A stretch of DNA of 64,000 nt. Source: Prorocentrum cordatum. Taxonomy: Eukaryota. Of this stretch, positions 24,034-34,580 are shown in pieces (position 1 is the stretch's first letter; each line of letters begins with the position of its first letter). A program made the translations under genes and the position numbers. The notes under the pieces were generated by a model. It worked only from the letters and a program-made list of their open reading frames with translations, was not told the DNA's origin and ran no database searches. The stretch lies in contig CAUYUJ010000165.1 in NCBI GenBank assembly GCA_963575745.1, positions 1 through 64,000 on the forward strand, in the 5' to 3' direction.

Positions 24034-27000
24034 CTAGCCGAGATCGGGATCCTCATCCTCGAACTCCGGTCCCGCCCACTTCCTCACCACCACTTGCCTC
24101 GCTTTCGCCGCAGCGGCTGAAAGGCCGTAGAGCGCCAAGCCGCGGTTCCAGTCCGCAGCCAACGGCCCTACAAGCGCCGTCTGCTCGGCGGAGGGGCCCG
24201 TCTGCTTCACGGGCCCCTGCAAGCCCTGGGACCAGGCAGAGAAAAAGGGCCGCCAATGCTCCCTGACCTCCAGGCTCGGGGCACCGACGTACGCCAACGT
24301 GAACCCTTTCGGGTTACGATGGCCGGGAAAAACTCCAGCACGAAACCTGTTCAGGTAGCACCCCCGACTCGTCGACGACGCGACGGGACGACACACAGAC
24401 CGAATATTCCCTCGCTTCGTGCTGGAATGGGCCATGGCCCCACATCTGACGCACATCAGCATCGAGTCATGAAAAGTCTCACGATCAGACTCGTGAACGT
24501 CGGCCTGCTCAAGCAGGTGCTCCAATTGCCTCCAAGCTCCGGGCGATGGCTCTCCGGTGGGTCCACCACCAAGGCCCTCGGAGGAAGAGGAGGGGGCAGC
24601 ACACGCAGCAGCAGCGGAGGCTCCCCCCCGAGCGGAGGCAGGCAGAGGAGGTAAACCTGGGACCGCGTCCAGGATGACATGTCCAAGCCACTCCAGGCCG
24701 ACGTGGTCTTGCAATGCCAGGTCCCGGCATTCAAACTGTTGCGTTGCACAAAAAATGCCTAATCTCTTGACTAGCTCACAACAGCCTAGCACTAGAAGAC
24801 GATCCTCAGCAGAAACGCGGAACCGTTCGGCCCCTTCTTTAGCCAGGCGGTCCGCCTCAGAATTGCCAAAGCGCTGGAGGTCCGTGATCCTACCTTCCCC
24901 CACGTCGGTCATCGACGTATGGGCAGGGATTTTGACCACGGCCATCCCCTCAAGGCGGTCCCCGATTTCGGCCCACCAGTGGGCCCTGGCCGACGTGACC
25001 CCCGCAGCCCCCCGGAGATTACGGAGGCAGCCGACTGTGGCAGCACAGTCGATAAACAGGGAAACGTTCTGGCCAATGACCGCACGGCGCGAAAGCATCA
25101 ACACAGCGAAATCCTCGCCGTCGCGGGCCAGCTGCCCTGGCGCCTCGGCGAGAGGGACCACTCCGAACAGGGCGGCGATCGTCCTCCCATCCTTATCGAG
25201 GACAACGACAGCCCACCCAGCCGTTTTTAAGCCGGGCATGCTTCCCTCGAAACCGGAACCGTCCGTAAAAACATTGGCCCCATCCGGGATCTTCACCCAG
25301 GCCGTGGGGTCGGGGAGCATGCACCTGCTAAAAAGTTCGCGGGCTTCTCCACTGAGATGGCCAACATTGCGAGCAGCCTCGGCGACGATGGGATCCAGGT
25401 TCTCGCGGCGCCAGCTGGCGAAGGCACAACACTGGAACCTTCGATGATACAAGGTCCCCAGGCCCTCCCCGCACAGCTGACACTTATTGTCCGCTTCAGG
25501 GCAATGGCCGGCAATTCTGCGTTGGGACCAATAAGCGTTGGCCAAAGTGGCCGACAAGGCGGCCTTGTGCCCCTTGGTCCAGCACGCCGAGTTTTTCCGA
25601 GACAACAGTTGATGAAGCGGGGCCCAATTGACCCCTCCGCTCCACTCACAAAAATCATGTTGCTTAAGTTGTTCCTCGCGCTCGACGGTGCGCCGCACAG
25701 CACTGCGCGCAAGCAGGGTGGGAAATTTGGGGGAGAAGCGCTCCACCGACCAGGACCTGCCGAGATCATCAATCAAAGACAGCGTCTCCAAATCAAACGC
25801 CCAACGGATCCTGGCCAGGAGGAGGAAGAGGGCAGCCACGGGTTGTCGGACCTGGCCCCAGGGAGCCTTCTTCTGCCGGACCGCCTGGGCATCGTGCACA
25901 CAGGAAGCCAGCACAGCCTGGGATATGGAACGATTCCATAAAACCCCAACAAATTCTTTCACAGCCGAACAGACCACCACCACAAGAGGATCCCGAATCC
26001 AGAGCCCCGGGGACGAGAGGAACCGGAAGCCCAACGAGGTCCCCGGAAGGAGAGGGCCCCAGGAGCGCGCCGCTTGGACCCTCAGCTTGTGGAGGCTGGT
26101 CGGGGGGATCCCTAAAATATGGGATCCCCAAGTGGCCTTAGCGAGTGGCCCTACGCGGAAAACTCTGCTATGATTTTCACTCTGGCCGAGCTGGCGCAGG
26201 GCGACGCCTGTCGAGGCGGCGGCGGTTAGGCGACTGGCCTGCGTGGCTACTCTGCGGACGCTGCCGTCGTTCGAATCACCGCCAAGGTCTCGGCGCGAGC
26301 GGACAAGCTTGTCCTCTCCTATCTTCCAACGCGGGTCCCGCATCAACTGCGGCAAGAGGCTGTGGTCGGACAGCATGAACCGGGTCTTGCCCCAATTGAT
26401 CGGCAGCTTGCGCGCTCCAAGCTCCGAGGTAACAATGTCGAAGCTCTGGATCGTGCTGTTGATGGTCGTGGCGGGCCCGCCGATGGTGCGCGTCGTCAGG
26501 TCATCCACCACGTTGAGGGCACGACAAGGGCGAGTCTCCGACGCAATGCGCCTCAGCAACGTCAGCATCAACAATTTCGCCACTCCAGTCGCCGCGCTGC
26601 AGCCGGCCATAATCGTTCCATTGGGGTGGCTGAGGCGACTGGTGCCTCCAGTCCACCGCGCCCTGCGCGGAGCCCTGTACAAGCAGCACAGGGCCTTCAG
26701 GAGAGCGCCGTCGAAGGAGAAGTGTTCGGCCGCTTGGCGCAACTCCTGGTGGCTGACGTTCTCATAAAACTTCCGGGTGTCATAAAACACGGTCATAGCC
26801 GTAAGTCCGTGACGACGGGCGTGACAAGTCAACATATTATGAAGATGCGCTGCTTTGTCACAGCTGGTTGCAGCGTCCTTCCCCCAGAAAAAGCTGGAAT
26901 CCACCGAGGCTTCCCAATCCTTAACATAGGCACGCCTGACTCTGCTCCAAACCCTGGCCCAGAAACATAGCAGGCCGATGGGCCGCGTTCCACCCTCCGC

Positions 27001-29304
27001 CTTGGGCAAGAACACGTTGATCGTGATCCACATGTGCTCGCAGGATGGGGCCTTCTCCCGCTCGGTGAGGATCTGGGCGAGTCGAGACACGAAGGCGCCG
27101 TCGAGGAAGGAGACCAAGCGCATGTGGAAGTTGTCCCAGCCCAGGCCAGTAGCAGGGCCGAATGACCTGCATGCGTCCATCACCTGCTGCTCGGTGACGG
27201 GGCCAAGCGTCCAGTCATACTGCCAGTCTTTCGGATGGACCTCTTCAGCTCGATCGGTGGAGACCCACAAGGCCCCCCATTCCTCGAGGACTGCGTCAAT
27301 CGCCGCCGATCCAACCAGCCCGTGCGCAGCAGTGCCACGCCTGGGGCAGGCCTCCCCCAGTCTCTTTGGCCGACAAATGGCATGGGCAAGCTTGCCTGAT
27401 CCAGCGACGACCGACTGGCCGCACTCCCGCCAGGCCTGGCTCCGTGCCTTGGCATCGCGGCGGCGTCGCTCCTCGACCTCATCAGAGAGCACCGTGCGGA
27501 ACCACGATGCCAATGGCCCACCCTTCTGGGCTGCAACAATCCACTTGTCGACTTGCGGTTCCTTGAGCAACTGGGAATCGGAGAGCGGCACCGGTAGCTC
27601 CATGCAGCGCATCTGCTGGATGATCCTGTCGCGATGGATGGCGCGACCCGCCTTGGAACCAGACGGAGCAGCTGACGAAACACAGAGGCCGTCCCGCAGC
27701 CTCAGCATCGACAGCCAGGTCCTGGTGTCCGTCTCGTCATGGCGCTCCAGGGCGCCTCTGCTGAGGTCCGCGAGCTTCTTCTTCTTCTTCATGGCGACGC
27801 CCTTGCAACGGCCAGGGTACAACCTCCTGTCCTGCTCCGGGATCTCGAAGAGGTCCACGAGGTACAGCTCGGCTGCCGTGAACCATCTGGCCGCCTCCTC
27901 CTCGACGTTCCGGATGGGCCTATCCAGCATCCACTCGGCACGAACCGCGGGGCGGGGCGGACAGATCTCCTCGGCCTTGGCTCGCGCCTTTGCCTTGGCT
28001 TCCTGATCCGCCAGAGGGAAGGCCTTCGGGGGGGGCTCCACCCAGACGAAGGGCTCCTCGTGGATTCCGTCCAAAGTGAGCGTCACGTAACAGTGAGGCG
28101 AAATCGGCGCGTCGACCCTCGCCTCCACCGACATGGGAAACGCATCTAAGCTCTGGGAGCCGATGAAATAATCGTAGTCATGGCCATTGCACGTCGGCAC
28201 TCCGGGCGCGTACGCCGTGGCCGAGGCCAGATCGAGCCAACCCGTGGCCATGACCTCCTCGGGCTCCATGTTCCAACCCCCTCCCAGCAGGAAAGGGAAC
28301 CGCTGGGCACCGAGGAAAGTGCCGAGGAACTCGAGGATATCCAGGTTCTCGCCCTTGGGCCCCAGCGAGTCGACGCAGTGCACGGAGCCGACGATCAGCC
28401 ACGAACAGGGCCCCAGCGTCAACAGCCTGAGCAGAACTCGATGCCTGAACCTTTCCGGCACCGGGTCCAGCAGGGCGGCTCCCACGCCGAGTGCCGTGGA
28501 GAGGCCAACCCCTGACGAGAGAGCTCTGGCCGCTTCGCCCGTCCTCACCGAAGACCCCAGCGCCAGGCGCCTAGAGCAACTTCTCGTCCACTGATGGGCC
28601 CCTTGCTCGCTAGTGGCCGCCAGTGCCGTCTCCTGGATGCAGAGGGCCTGCGGCATACCAACGTGCTTCTCTATCCACGGCATGGTGGCTCTCGCACGCA
28701 TCCACGCGTTGGCATTCAGAGTCCCCACAGAGAACGAGGAAAGGCCATCCGGAGCCACAACAGGAAAGCCCTCCTCGAGGGACACCCTGACCGGCGCATC
28801 GAGACCAACGTGCATCGACGATTTGCTCCCGCACCGGGCGGGCCCCGCCCCAGCACTCGGCGAGGCCGCGCCAGTTGCGGGAACCTCCTCGGCTGCTGCG
28901 GGAGCCATCACTGCGCGAACCTGAGCGGCAGCCCGACGATCGCCCAGTGCGCCAGCCGTAGCTGCATGTGGCGACCTCTGCCGCTCCTCCAGCGATTCCC
29001 CCCCACGGGGCCCTCCCTGGGGCTGCGAGGGCGGAGCAGGGGAGCTCCCGCCCGAGTCTCCCAGGTGACGCGCCCGTGGAGGGGTCTCCACTTTCTCGGG
29101 AGCGGTGAGTGCACCTGTCGACGCGGAAGTCGGCCCACACGCACTCGAACTCACTGCACCTGTGCCATTGCCTGCCTCGCGCGCCCTGCGCTCCAGGTCA
29201 GACGAGAAACACCTCGACGGCCGCAGGCCGGGCACTGCAAAGCCCAGCTCTGGCCAATCGAGGTCGATCAGGTTGTCGCTCCAATAGGCGTCGAGGTTGG
29301 CCAT
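24034..29304 (-). CDS. LINE ORF2 polyprotein (~1756 aa): APE endonuclease, reverse transcriptase, CCHC Zn knuckle, RNase H, C-terminal Cys motif
   Basis: APE motifs GTLNANAW, LCIQET, LLGGGWN (GDWN variant), DYDYFI, SPH. RT motifs GPATGLGWD, FLPKAEGGTRPIGLL, FYDTRKFYENV, GTIMAGCS, NVVDDL. Zn knuckle CQLC..HRRFQC. RNase H VFTDGS..GED..FIDC..KIPAH..GNSEADRLAKEGA. The start is taken as the first ATG after ORF1; the frame stays open upstream to 30903. Confidence 0.93.
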   Translation of the reverse strand: MANLDAYWSDNLIDLDWPELGFAVPGLRPSRCFSSDLERRAREAGNGTGAVSSSACGPTSASTGALTAPEKVETPPRARHLGDSGGSSPAPPSQPQGGPRGGESLEERQRSPHAATAGALGDRRAAAQVRAVMAPAAAEEVPATGAASPSAGAGPARCGSKSSMHVGLDAPVRVSLEEGFPVVAPDGLSSFSVGTLNANAWMRARATMPWIEKHVGMPQALCIQETALAATSEQGAHQWTRSCSRRLALGSSVRTGEAARALSSGVGLSTALGVGAALLDPVPERFRHRVLLRLLTLGPCSWLIVGSVHCVDSLGPKGENLDILEFLGTFLGAQRFPFLLGGGWNMEPEEVMATGWLDLASATAYAPGVPTCNGHDYDYFIGSQSLDAFPMSVEARVDAPISPHCYVTLTLDGIHEEPFVWVEPPPKAFPLADQEAKAKARAKAEEICPPRPAVRAEWMLDRPIRNVEEEAARWFTAAELYLVDLFEIPEQDRRLYPGRCKGVAMKKKKKLADLSRGALERHDETDTRTWLSMLRLRDGLCVSSAAPSGSKAGRAIHRDRIIQQMRCMELPVPLSDSQLLKEPQVDKWIVAAQKGGPLASWFRTVLSDEVEERRRRDAKARSQAWRECGQSVVAGSGKLAHAICRPKRLGEACPRRGTAAHGLVGSAAIDAVLEEWGALWVSTDRAEEVHPKDWQYDWTLGPVTEQQVMDACRSFGPATGLGWDNFHMRLVSFLDGAFVSRLAQILTEREKAPSCEHMWITINVFLPKAEGGTRPIGLLCFWARVWSRVRRAYVKDWEASVDSSFFWGKDAATSCDKAAHLHNMLTCHARRHGLTAMTVFYDTRKFYENVSHQELRQAAEHFSFDGALLKALCCLYRAPRRARWTGGTSRLSHPNGTIMAGCSAATGVAKLLMLTLLRRIASETRPCRALNVVDDLTTRTIGGPATTINSTIQSFDIVTSELGARKLPINWGKTRFMLSDHSLLPQLMRDPRWKIGEDKLVRSRRDLGGDSNDGSVRRVATQASRLTAAASTGVALRQLGQSENHSRVFRVGPLAKATWGSHILGIPPTSLHKLRVQAARSWGPLLPGTSLGFRFLSSPGLWIRDPLVVVVCSAVKEFVGVLWNRSISQAVLASCVHDAQAVRQKKAPWGQVRQPVAALFLLLARIRWAFDLETLSLIDDLGRSWSVERFSPKFPTLLARSAVRRTVEREEQLKQHDFCEWSGGVNWAPLHQLLSRKNSACWTKGHKAALSATLANAYWSQRRIAGHCPEADNKCQLCGEGLGTLYHRRFQCCAFASWRRENLDPIVAEAARNVGHLSGEARELFSRCMLPDPTAWVKIPDGANVFTDGSGFEGSMPGLKTAGWAVVVLDKDGRTIAALFGVVPLAEAPGQLARDGEDFAVLMLSRRAVIGQNVSLFIDCAATVGCLRNLRGAAGVTSARAHWWAEIGDRLEGMAVVKIPAHTSMTDVGEGRITDLQRFGNSEADRLAKEGAERFRVSAEDRLLVLGCCELVKRLGIFCATQQFECRDLALQDHVGLEWLGHVILDAVPGLPPLPASARGGASAAAACAAPSSSSEGLGGGPTGEPSPGAWRQLEHLLEQADVHESDRETFHDSMLMCVRCGAMAHSSTKRGNIRSVCRPVASSTSRGCYLNRFRAGVFPGHRNPKGFTLAYVGAPSLEVREHWRPFFSAWSQGLQGPVKQTGPSAEQTALVGPLAADWNRGLALYGLSAAAAKARQVVVRKWAGPEFEDEDPDLG

Positions 29305-29335
29305 GCCCACCCCGCTGGCGACCGACGCGGGCAGG

Positions 29336-30418
29336 TTACCCACGCCGCGCTCGTTTGACGCCCAGGCCGAGAGCGGCCGCGGCTGCCATGTACCTCCGCT
29401 TGGCTGCTGCCTGGTCGGCGGGCGCAGCGCTGCGGAGGTGCTCCGTGGCCTCCTGGAACTCCTTCTGCTTGGCCTCGATACCCTCGCCAAGGAGGAGCAT
29501 GTCGATGTCGTCTTCGTCGCCGTCGGCGGCTGGGACGCGCACGCCTCCCTCGCCAACGGCAGCGCCGCCTCCCGGGCCCCCAGGAACCGGCCCAGCAGCA
29601 GCAGCAGCAGGACGAGGAGGAGGCTGCTGCGCCGCAGCGGCTGCCGATGCCCCGCTCTGCAGCTTCTGGAGGACCGCCAGTGCCTCCCTGCCGGCCTCCG
29701 ACTCGATGACCGACGTGTCCAGGGCGGCCGACACAGCCCTGATCGGGTCCCCGAGTTCGTTGGCCTGGGCTTTGCAGAGGAAGTCCTCCGCGGCGGTGAG
29801 CTCCGCCCGAGCCCCAGCCAAGCTGGCAGCGACCTCATCGATCTGGACTTCGAGCTCGAGCTTCTGAAGCCGCAGAGCCTCCGCGCGGCTCTCCAACTTC
29901 GTGACCTTCGTCCGCAAGTGCTCCGCCTTCCATCGCGCCGAACGCGCTGTAGGCGGCTTGATGTCCGTAGCCTTCTTCTCGGCGGCCTCCACCGCGGTGA
30001 TGGCTGCCGCATCGACGCCCTGGTCGCGCAGGAACAGCAAGACTTCCTTGTAGGATGGTGCCCCTGTACCCGCGGCCCTCGGGGGCGGTGATTTGTCGGC
30101 CCAGGGCGGCTTGCTGCCCCCAGCCGAATCGGCCGAGCCTTTCCCGGAGAGCGCCGCCACCTGCGCCTGGAGCTCCTTGAGGGTCTTGGCGATCGACTGA
30201 TCGCCAGGGGGTCCCCTCGCCCCGCGCGGGCTGCGGGGCGCGGAGCCTTGGCCCACCGCAGCGGCAGCCTTCTTCGCGGCCTGCACCACCTTGGACGAGG
30301 CGTGGGCTCCGCATCCTCTGCACTTGAGCCGCGAAGCCCAATTGTCCCAGCAGCCGCACTTGCTGCACCCCCACAGGGGTGTTTTTGCGCCTGGCAAGAC
30401 ATCGGGCGGAGGCCCCAT
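29336..30418 (-). CDS. LINE ORF1 (~360 aa): RanBP2-type zinc finger plus coiled coil
   Basis: N-terminal WGCSKCGCWDNWASRLKCRGCG fits W-x-C-x2-C-x(3-4)-N-x6-C-x2-C. Heptad region KAEHLRTKVTKLESRAEALRLQKLELEVQIDEV. Lies directly upstream of ORF2. Confidence 0.88.
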   Translation of the reverse strand: MGPPPDVLPGAKTPLWGCSKCGCWDNWASRLKCRGCGAHASSKVVQAAKKAAAAVGQGSAPRSPRGARGPPGDQSIAKTLKELQAQVAALSGKGSADSAGGSKPPWADKSPPPRAAGTGAPSYKEVLLFLRDQGVDAAAITAVEAAEKKATDIKPPTARSARWKAEHLRTKVTKLESRAEALRLQKLELEVQIDEVAASLAGARAELTAAEDFLCKAQANELGDPIRAVSAALDTSVIESEAGREALAVLQKLQSGASAAAAAQQPPPRPAAAAAGPVPGGPGGGAAVGEGGVRVPAADGDEDDIDMLLLGEGIEAKQKEFQEATEHLRSAAPADQAAAKRRYMAAAAALGLGVKRARRG

Positions 30419-30523
30419 TCGCCGCTGGCTGCAGCGGCTGGGGCGAGCGTGAAAGAAACCCAAAGTGGCTCGCAAGCACGAGCCGCTCCGAAGTACGCGC
30501 TTGCAAGCTCAGCGCCACCAAGG

Positions 30524-30538
30524 CCTGAGCCAGAACGG
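30524..30538 (-). other. Relict spliced leader (SL nt 8-22)
   Basis: CCGTTCTGGCTCAGG matches CCATTTTGGCTCAAG at 12/15 and abuts the intact SL directly, the expected geometry for recycled leaders. Confidence 0.8.
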
Positions 30539-30560
30539 CTTGAGCCAAAATGGCTACGGA
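30539..30560 (-). other. Exact dinoflagellate spliced leader (DinoSL) at the LINE 5' end
   Basis: Reverse complement of cttgagccaaaatggctacgga is TCCGTAGCCATTTTGGCTCAAG, a 22/22 match to DCCGTAGCCATTTTGGCTCAAG. Confidence 0.97.
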
Positions 30561-32043
30561 AGGAGGAGGGGGAGGAGGAGGAAGAGGAGGAGGAGGAGGA
30601 GGAGGAGGAGAGGAGGCGCGAGAAGGAGGAGGAGGAGGAGGGCGAGGAGGAGGAGGAGGCGCGAGGAGGAGGAGGAGGAGGAGGATGAGGAGGGAGGAGG
30701 AGGAGGAGGAGGGGGAGGAGAGGAGGAGGAGGAGGAGGAGGGAGGAGGCCGAAGGAGGGAAGAGAAAGGAAGGCGAGGCCGCTCAGGGGGACGGCTCCCG
30801 CCGGGAGGGCGTGGCGCGGCCAGCCCCGCTGGCGGGGTCCGCGGCGGCTGCGGGACACCCCTTCCGGCCCAGTGTGCTGCACCGTGTGCGGTGAGCGTGC
30901 CACCGTCTCGAGGAGGGCGCCGGGCCTCGGCGGGCACCGCCGAGGTCAGGGAGCCGCGGGAGGAGGTCGGAGGCGTTCGCGAGGCTGGTGCAGCCGAGCA
31001 GTGCGTGGTCAAGCGGGTGCCCCAACGACAGTCTGGGCGGGAGGCGCGGCACTTGTTCGTGGGTCTCTTCGGCGGGGCCCCAGGCGAGCAGGCCCCAGCG
31101 AGGCCCCGAGGGTCCCGTGCATGGTGGGCATGAGCCAATTTGTTGGCCTCAGTGAGGAGCATGCCCGAGCCCTTGGCGGATCTGCTTCTTTGGAGGTCGA
31201 GGCCGACTCGGAAGGTGAGTTCTTCTACGTAGGGGGGGCCCTGTTGCGGGCCCTCGGGCTGGAGATAGAGCCCGCCTCGGGGCTGGCACCTTGCCCTTCG
31301 ACGGGCCCCCCTCTGGACTCTCTCTCTCTCTCTCTCTCGTTCTCCCTTCCTCTTCCCCTTCTGGGCGTCCAATCCTCTTCCTCCTCCTCCTCCTCCTCCT
31401 CCTCCTCCTGGTCCTCCTCCTCCTCCTCCTCCTCCACCGCCTCCTCGCGCCTCCTCCTCTCCCCTCCTCCCCCTCCTCCTCCCCTCTCTCCTCCTTCCCC
31501 TCGTTCCTCCTCGTCCCTCCATAACCTTCCCCGAGCTCCCCCCCCTCCTCCTCGCCCCTACTCTCACCTCCTCCTCCTCCTCATCCTCATCCTCCTCCTC
31601 CTCCTCCTCCTCCTCCTCCTCCTCCTCCTCCTCCGACTCCCCTCCTCCTTCCTCCTGTTTTGCTCCTCCTCCTCCTCCTTCCTCATCCTCCTCCTCCCCT
31701 CCTCCTTCCTGCTCCTCCTCCTGCTCCTCCTGCTCCTCCTCCCTCTCCTCCTCCTTCTCCTCCTCCTCCTCCGCCTCCTCCTCCTCCTCCTCCTCCTCCT
31801 CCTCCATCTCTTCCCCCGCCTCCCCCGCCCGGGTCTCCTCCCATTCCATCACAGTGTTCCCCCTGCCCTGCCCCCCCTCACTCCTCCCTCCTCCTGCGAC
31901 GAGCAGGTCCAGCAACCACGACGTCCAGCGTGAATGCGCCTTCTCCTTCCCCCCCCCCCTCGCAAAAGAACGAGAGGAGGCAAGGGGCGACCCAGGGGGA
32001 GGGGCGGAGGGATGGGGAGGAGGAAAGCCGGCGGCGGCCAGGC

Positions 32044-32124
32044 CTCAGCCGCGCGAGCTCCCGCTCGTTCTCGATGGCGGCGAGCTCCTGCTTGATCGCC
32101 CTCTCGCACTCCTCCAGCAGCTGC
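32044..32124 (-). CDS. Host gene exon C (QLLEECERAIKQELAAIENERELARL), coiled coil
   Basis: AG|G acceptor, AG|GC donor, 81 nt, GC3-rich codons, a non-repetitive island among microsatellites. Confidence 0.75.
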
Positions 32125-32214
32125 CTTCGCACGCGGCGGCCGCCCCCCTCCTCCTCCTCCTCCTCCTCCTCCTTCTCCTCCTGCTCCTTCTCCGCAGCAG
32201 CAGCAGCAGCACAA

Positions 32215-32551
32215 CCACCACCACCACCATCACCACCACAACCACCACCACCATCACCACCACAACCCCCGCAATCGCCTCCACCGCCACCAACGTCATC
32301 GTCATGAGCATCCTCATCATCAGCATCATCACCATCATCATAATCAGCATCATTAGCAGCATCAACATCAGCATCATCATCAACATAAACAGCGACATGA
32401 TCATCATCATCAGCATCAGCATCACCATCATCAGCAACATCAGCAACATCGGCATCACCATCATCAACACCATCAGCATCCTCCTCATCAGCAACATCGG
32501 CATCATCAGCATCAGCAACATCATCAGCAGCATCAGCATCAGCATCAGCAG

Positions 32552-32583
<32 letters not shown>

Positions 32584-33425
32584 GCAGCATCATCATCGCA
32601 TCACCATCACCATCATCACCTGCATCACCATCGTCACCATCGTCGTCAACATCATAATCACCATCCGCAACATCATTAGTGACATCATCAACAGTATCGT
32701 CATAATCATCCTGATTACTATGACCGTCCCATCACCATCTTCGTCATCATCGTCATCACAAACATCAGCATCATCACCATCGTCATAATCATTAACAGCA
32801 ACAGCGCCAGCCGCATCCGCATCATCATCATCATCATTATCATCATCATCGTCACCAGCAGTTTGATGCTACTGCTGATGATCATAATCAGCATCATCAC
32901 CCACATCACCATTGTCCCCATCATCGTCAGCATCATCATCAACATCCGCAGCATCATTAGCACCATCATCAGCAGCATCAGCATCATCCTCATCAGCATC
33001 ATCATCATCTTGATCACCATAACCCTTTCATCACCATCACCCTCAGCATCATCGTCGTCACCATCAGCTTTATCTATCATCATCACCAGCATCATAAGCA
33101 TCATCGGCATCATCATCTTCATCATCTTTAACTTGATCGTCACCAACACCATCATCACCAGTATCACCATCAACAGCATCATCATAAGCATCATCTTCAA
33201 CATTATCAGAATCGTAATCACCACGATCATCATCATAACCAGCATCATCAACATTGGTATCATCACTAGCATCAACATCACCATCAACACCACAGGCAGC
33301 AGCATCATCATCACCATCATCACCATCAGCGTCACCAACACCATCATCAGCTGCAGTATAATCATGACAATCAACATCATCAGCATTGTCGTCATCATCA
33401 TCAGCATCATCATCATCAGTACCAT
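32215..33425. repeat. Degenerate (CAT/CAC)n microsatellite
   Basis: Seen directly; another (CAT)n tract lies at 60148-60475. Confidence 0.9.
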
Positions 33426-34580
33426 ATGCTGTGTCTTCTTGATGTGTGTCCTCATCCTACTCTTGATCCCTCCTCCACCCCTCCTCCCTCATCCCGCTGC
33501 TCCATCCTCCGCCTAATCCTCCTCATCCTCATCCTCCTCGCCCTATTGTTGTTCCTCTTCCTGCTGTCCTCCCCTCCTCCTCTTCCTCCTCTTCCTCCTC
33601 TTCCTCATCCTTTTCATCCGTCCACTCCTCATCCTCCTCCTCCTCCTCCTCACTCCTCCTCCTCCTCCTCCTCCTTCTCCTCCTCCTCCACTCGCCCTCG
33701 CCCCTCCACCCCTCTTCCATCCTAGTCCTCCTCCTCCTCTTCCTCCTCCTCCGTCCACTCATCCTCCTCCTCACTCCTCCTCCTCATTCTCCTCCTCCTC
33801 CTCCTCCTCCACTCGCCCTCGCCCCTCCAGCCCTCTTCGCTCCTCCGCCACTCCTCATCCCTCCCTATCCCGCCGCTCTCTCGTCCTCCTTCCCCCTCTA
33901 GACTTACACCATCTGAATGCTGCTCTCCTCTCTCCCTTGATGACGTCCAGATGATTTATGGTCCCCTCCGCGTACTGTTTTTTACACGCCCGATTCCCGG
34001 GAAACGGCGTTTTTGCTTGGGTTGTTTCAAGATGTTGCTTCCACTGAAGCGCTGGCCTCATTTCTGCGCCTCTGGTTGTTCCAAATCGTGCTCCCGCTGC
34101 AGCGCGGGCGTGTTCGGTCCTTTCAAATAGGCCCCAAAATCTAGAAGATGCCCCCCTGGAAAAAACCATCGGCAGTGATTACACATTCGGTGTCGATTCG
34201 TTGATCTTTTGGGCCGCAGAAGCCCCCCCCCACTTCGGGGCGTCACCACGCAATGCTATGTCATGCTACGAGTTGATCTTCAACACCATGCTATGCCATG
34301 TAATGCCATGCCACGCTGCGACATCCGACTGTGCGAAGAGAAAGGATATCTGCGCCATGCTAAGGCATGGGAGGGAGGGGTAGGACGTCAGACATGACGC
34401 GAGCATACCTAGCTGGTCCTCCTCCCCCTCCCTCCTCCCCCCCGCCCGCCGTAGCCATGCTGGCCTTGGCCGCCGCGTCAACTCGGGGTGCGCCTCCACG
34501 GGCAGCCCTGGGAGGCGAGACCTCCGAGCTCGCGCGGCCAGAGGCGTCGCCAATGGCAAGCGACCACGGCCAGCGCCGCT

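Larger units (their letters stand above)
23973..30560 (-). mobile_element. Full-length two-ORF non-LTR retrotransposon (APE-RT-RNase H LINE) with a dinoflagellate spliced leader at its 5' end
   Basis: Unique sequence bounded on both sides by (GGA)n tracts. The 5' end (minus strand) is TCCGTAGCCATTTTGGCTCAAG, followed by ORF1, ORF2 and a ~60-nt 3' UTR. Confidence 0.95.

Noticed and set aside
30539..30560. SL RNA gene
   Set aside because: The SL is followed by a relict SL and the LINE UTR, not by a splice donor or SL intron.
30419..30903. N-terminal part of the 2289-aa ORF
   Set aside because: It runs through flanking GGA repeat, SL and UTR, outside the element's coding region.
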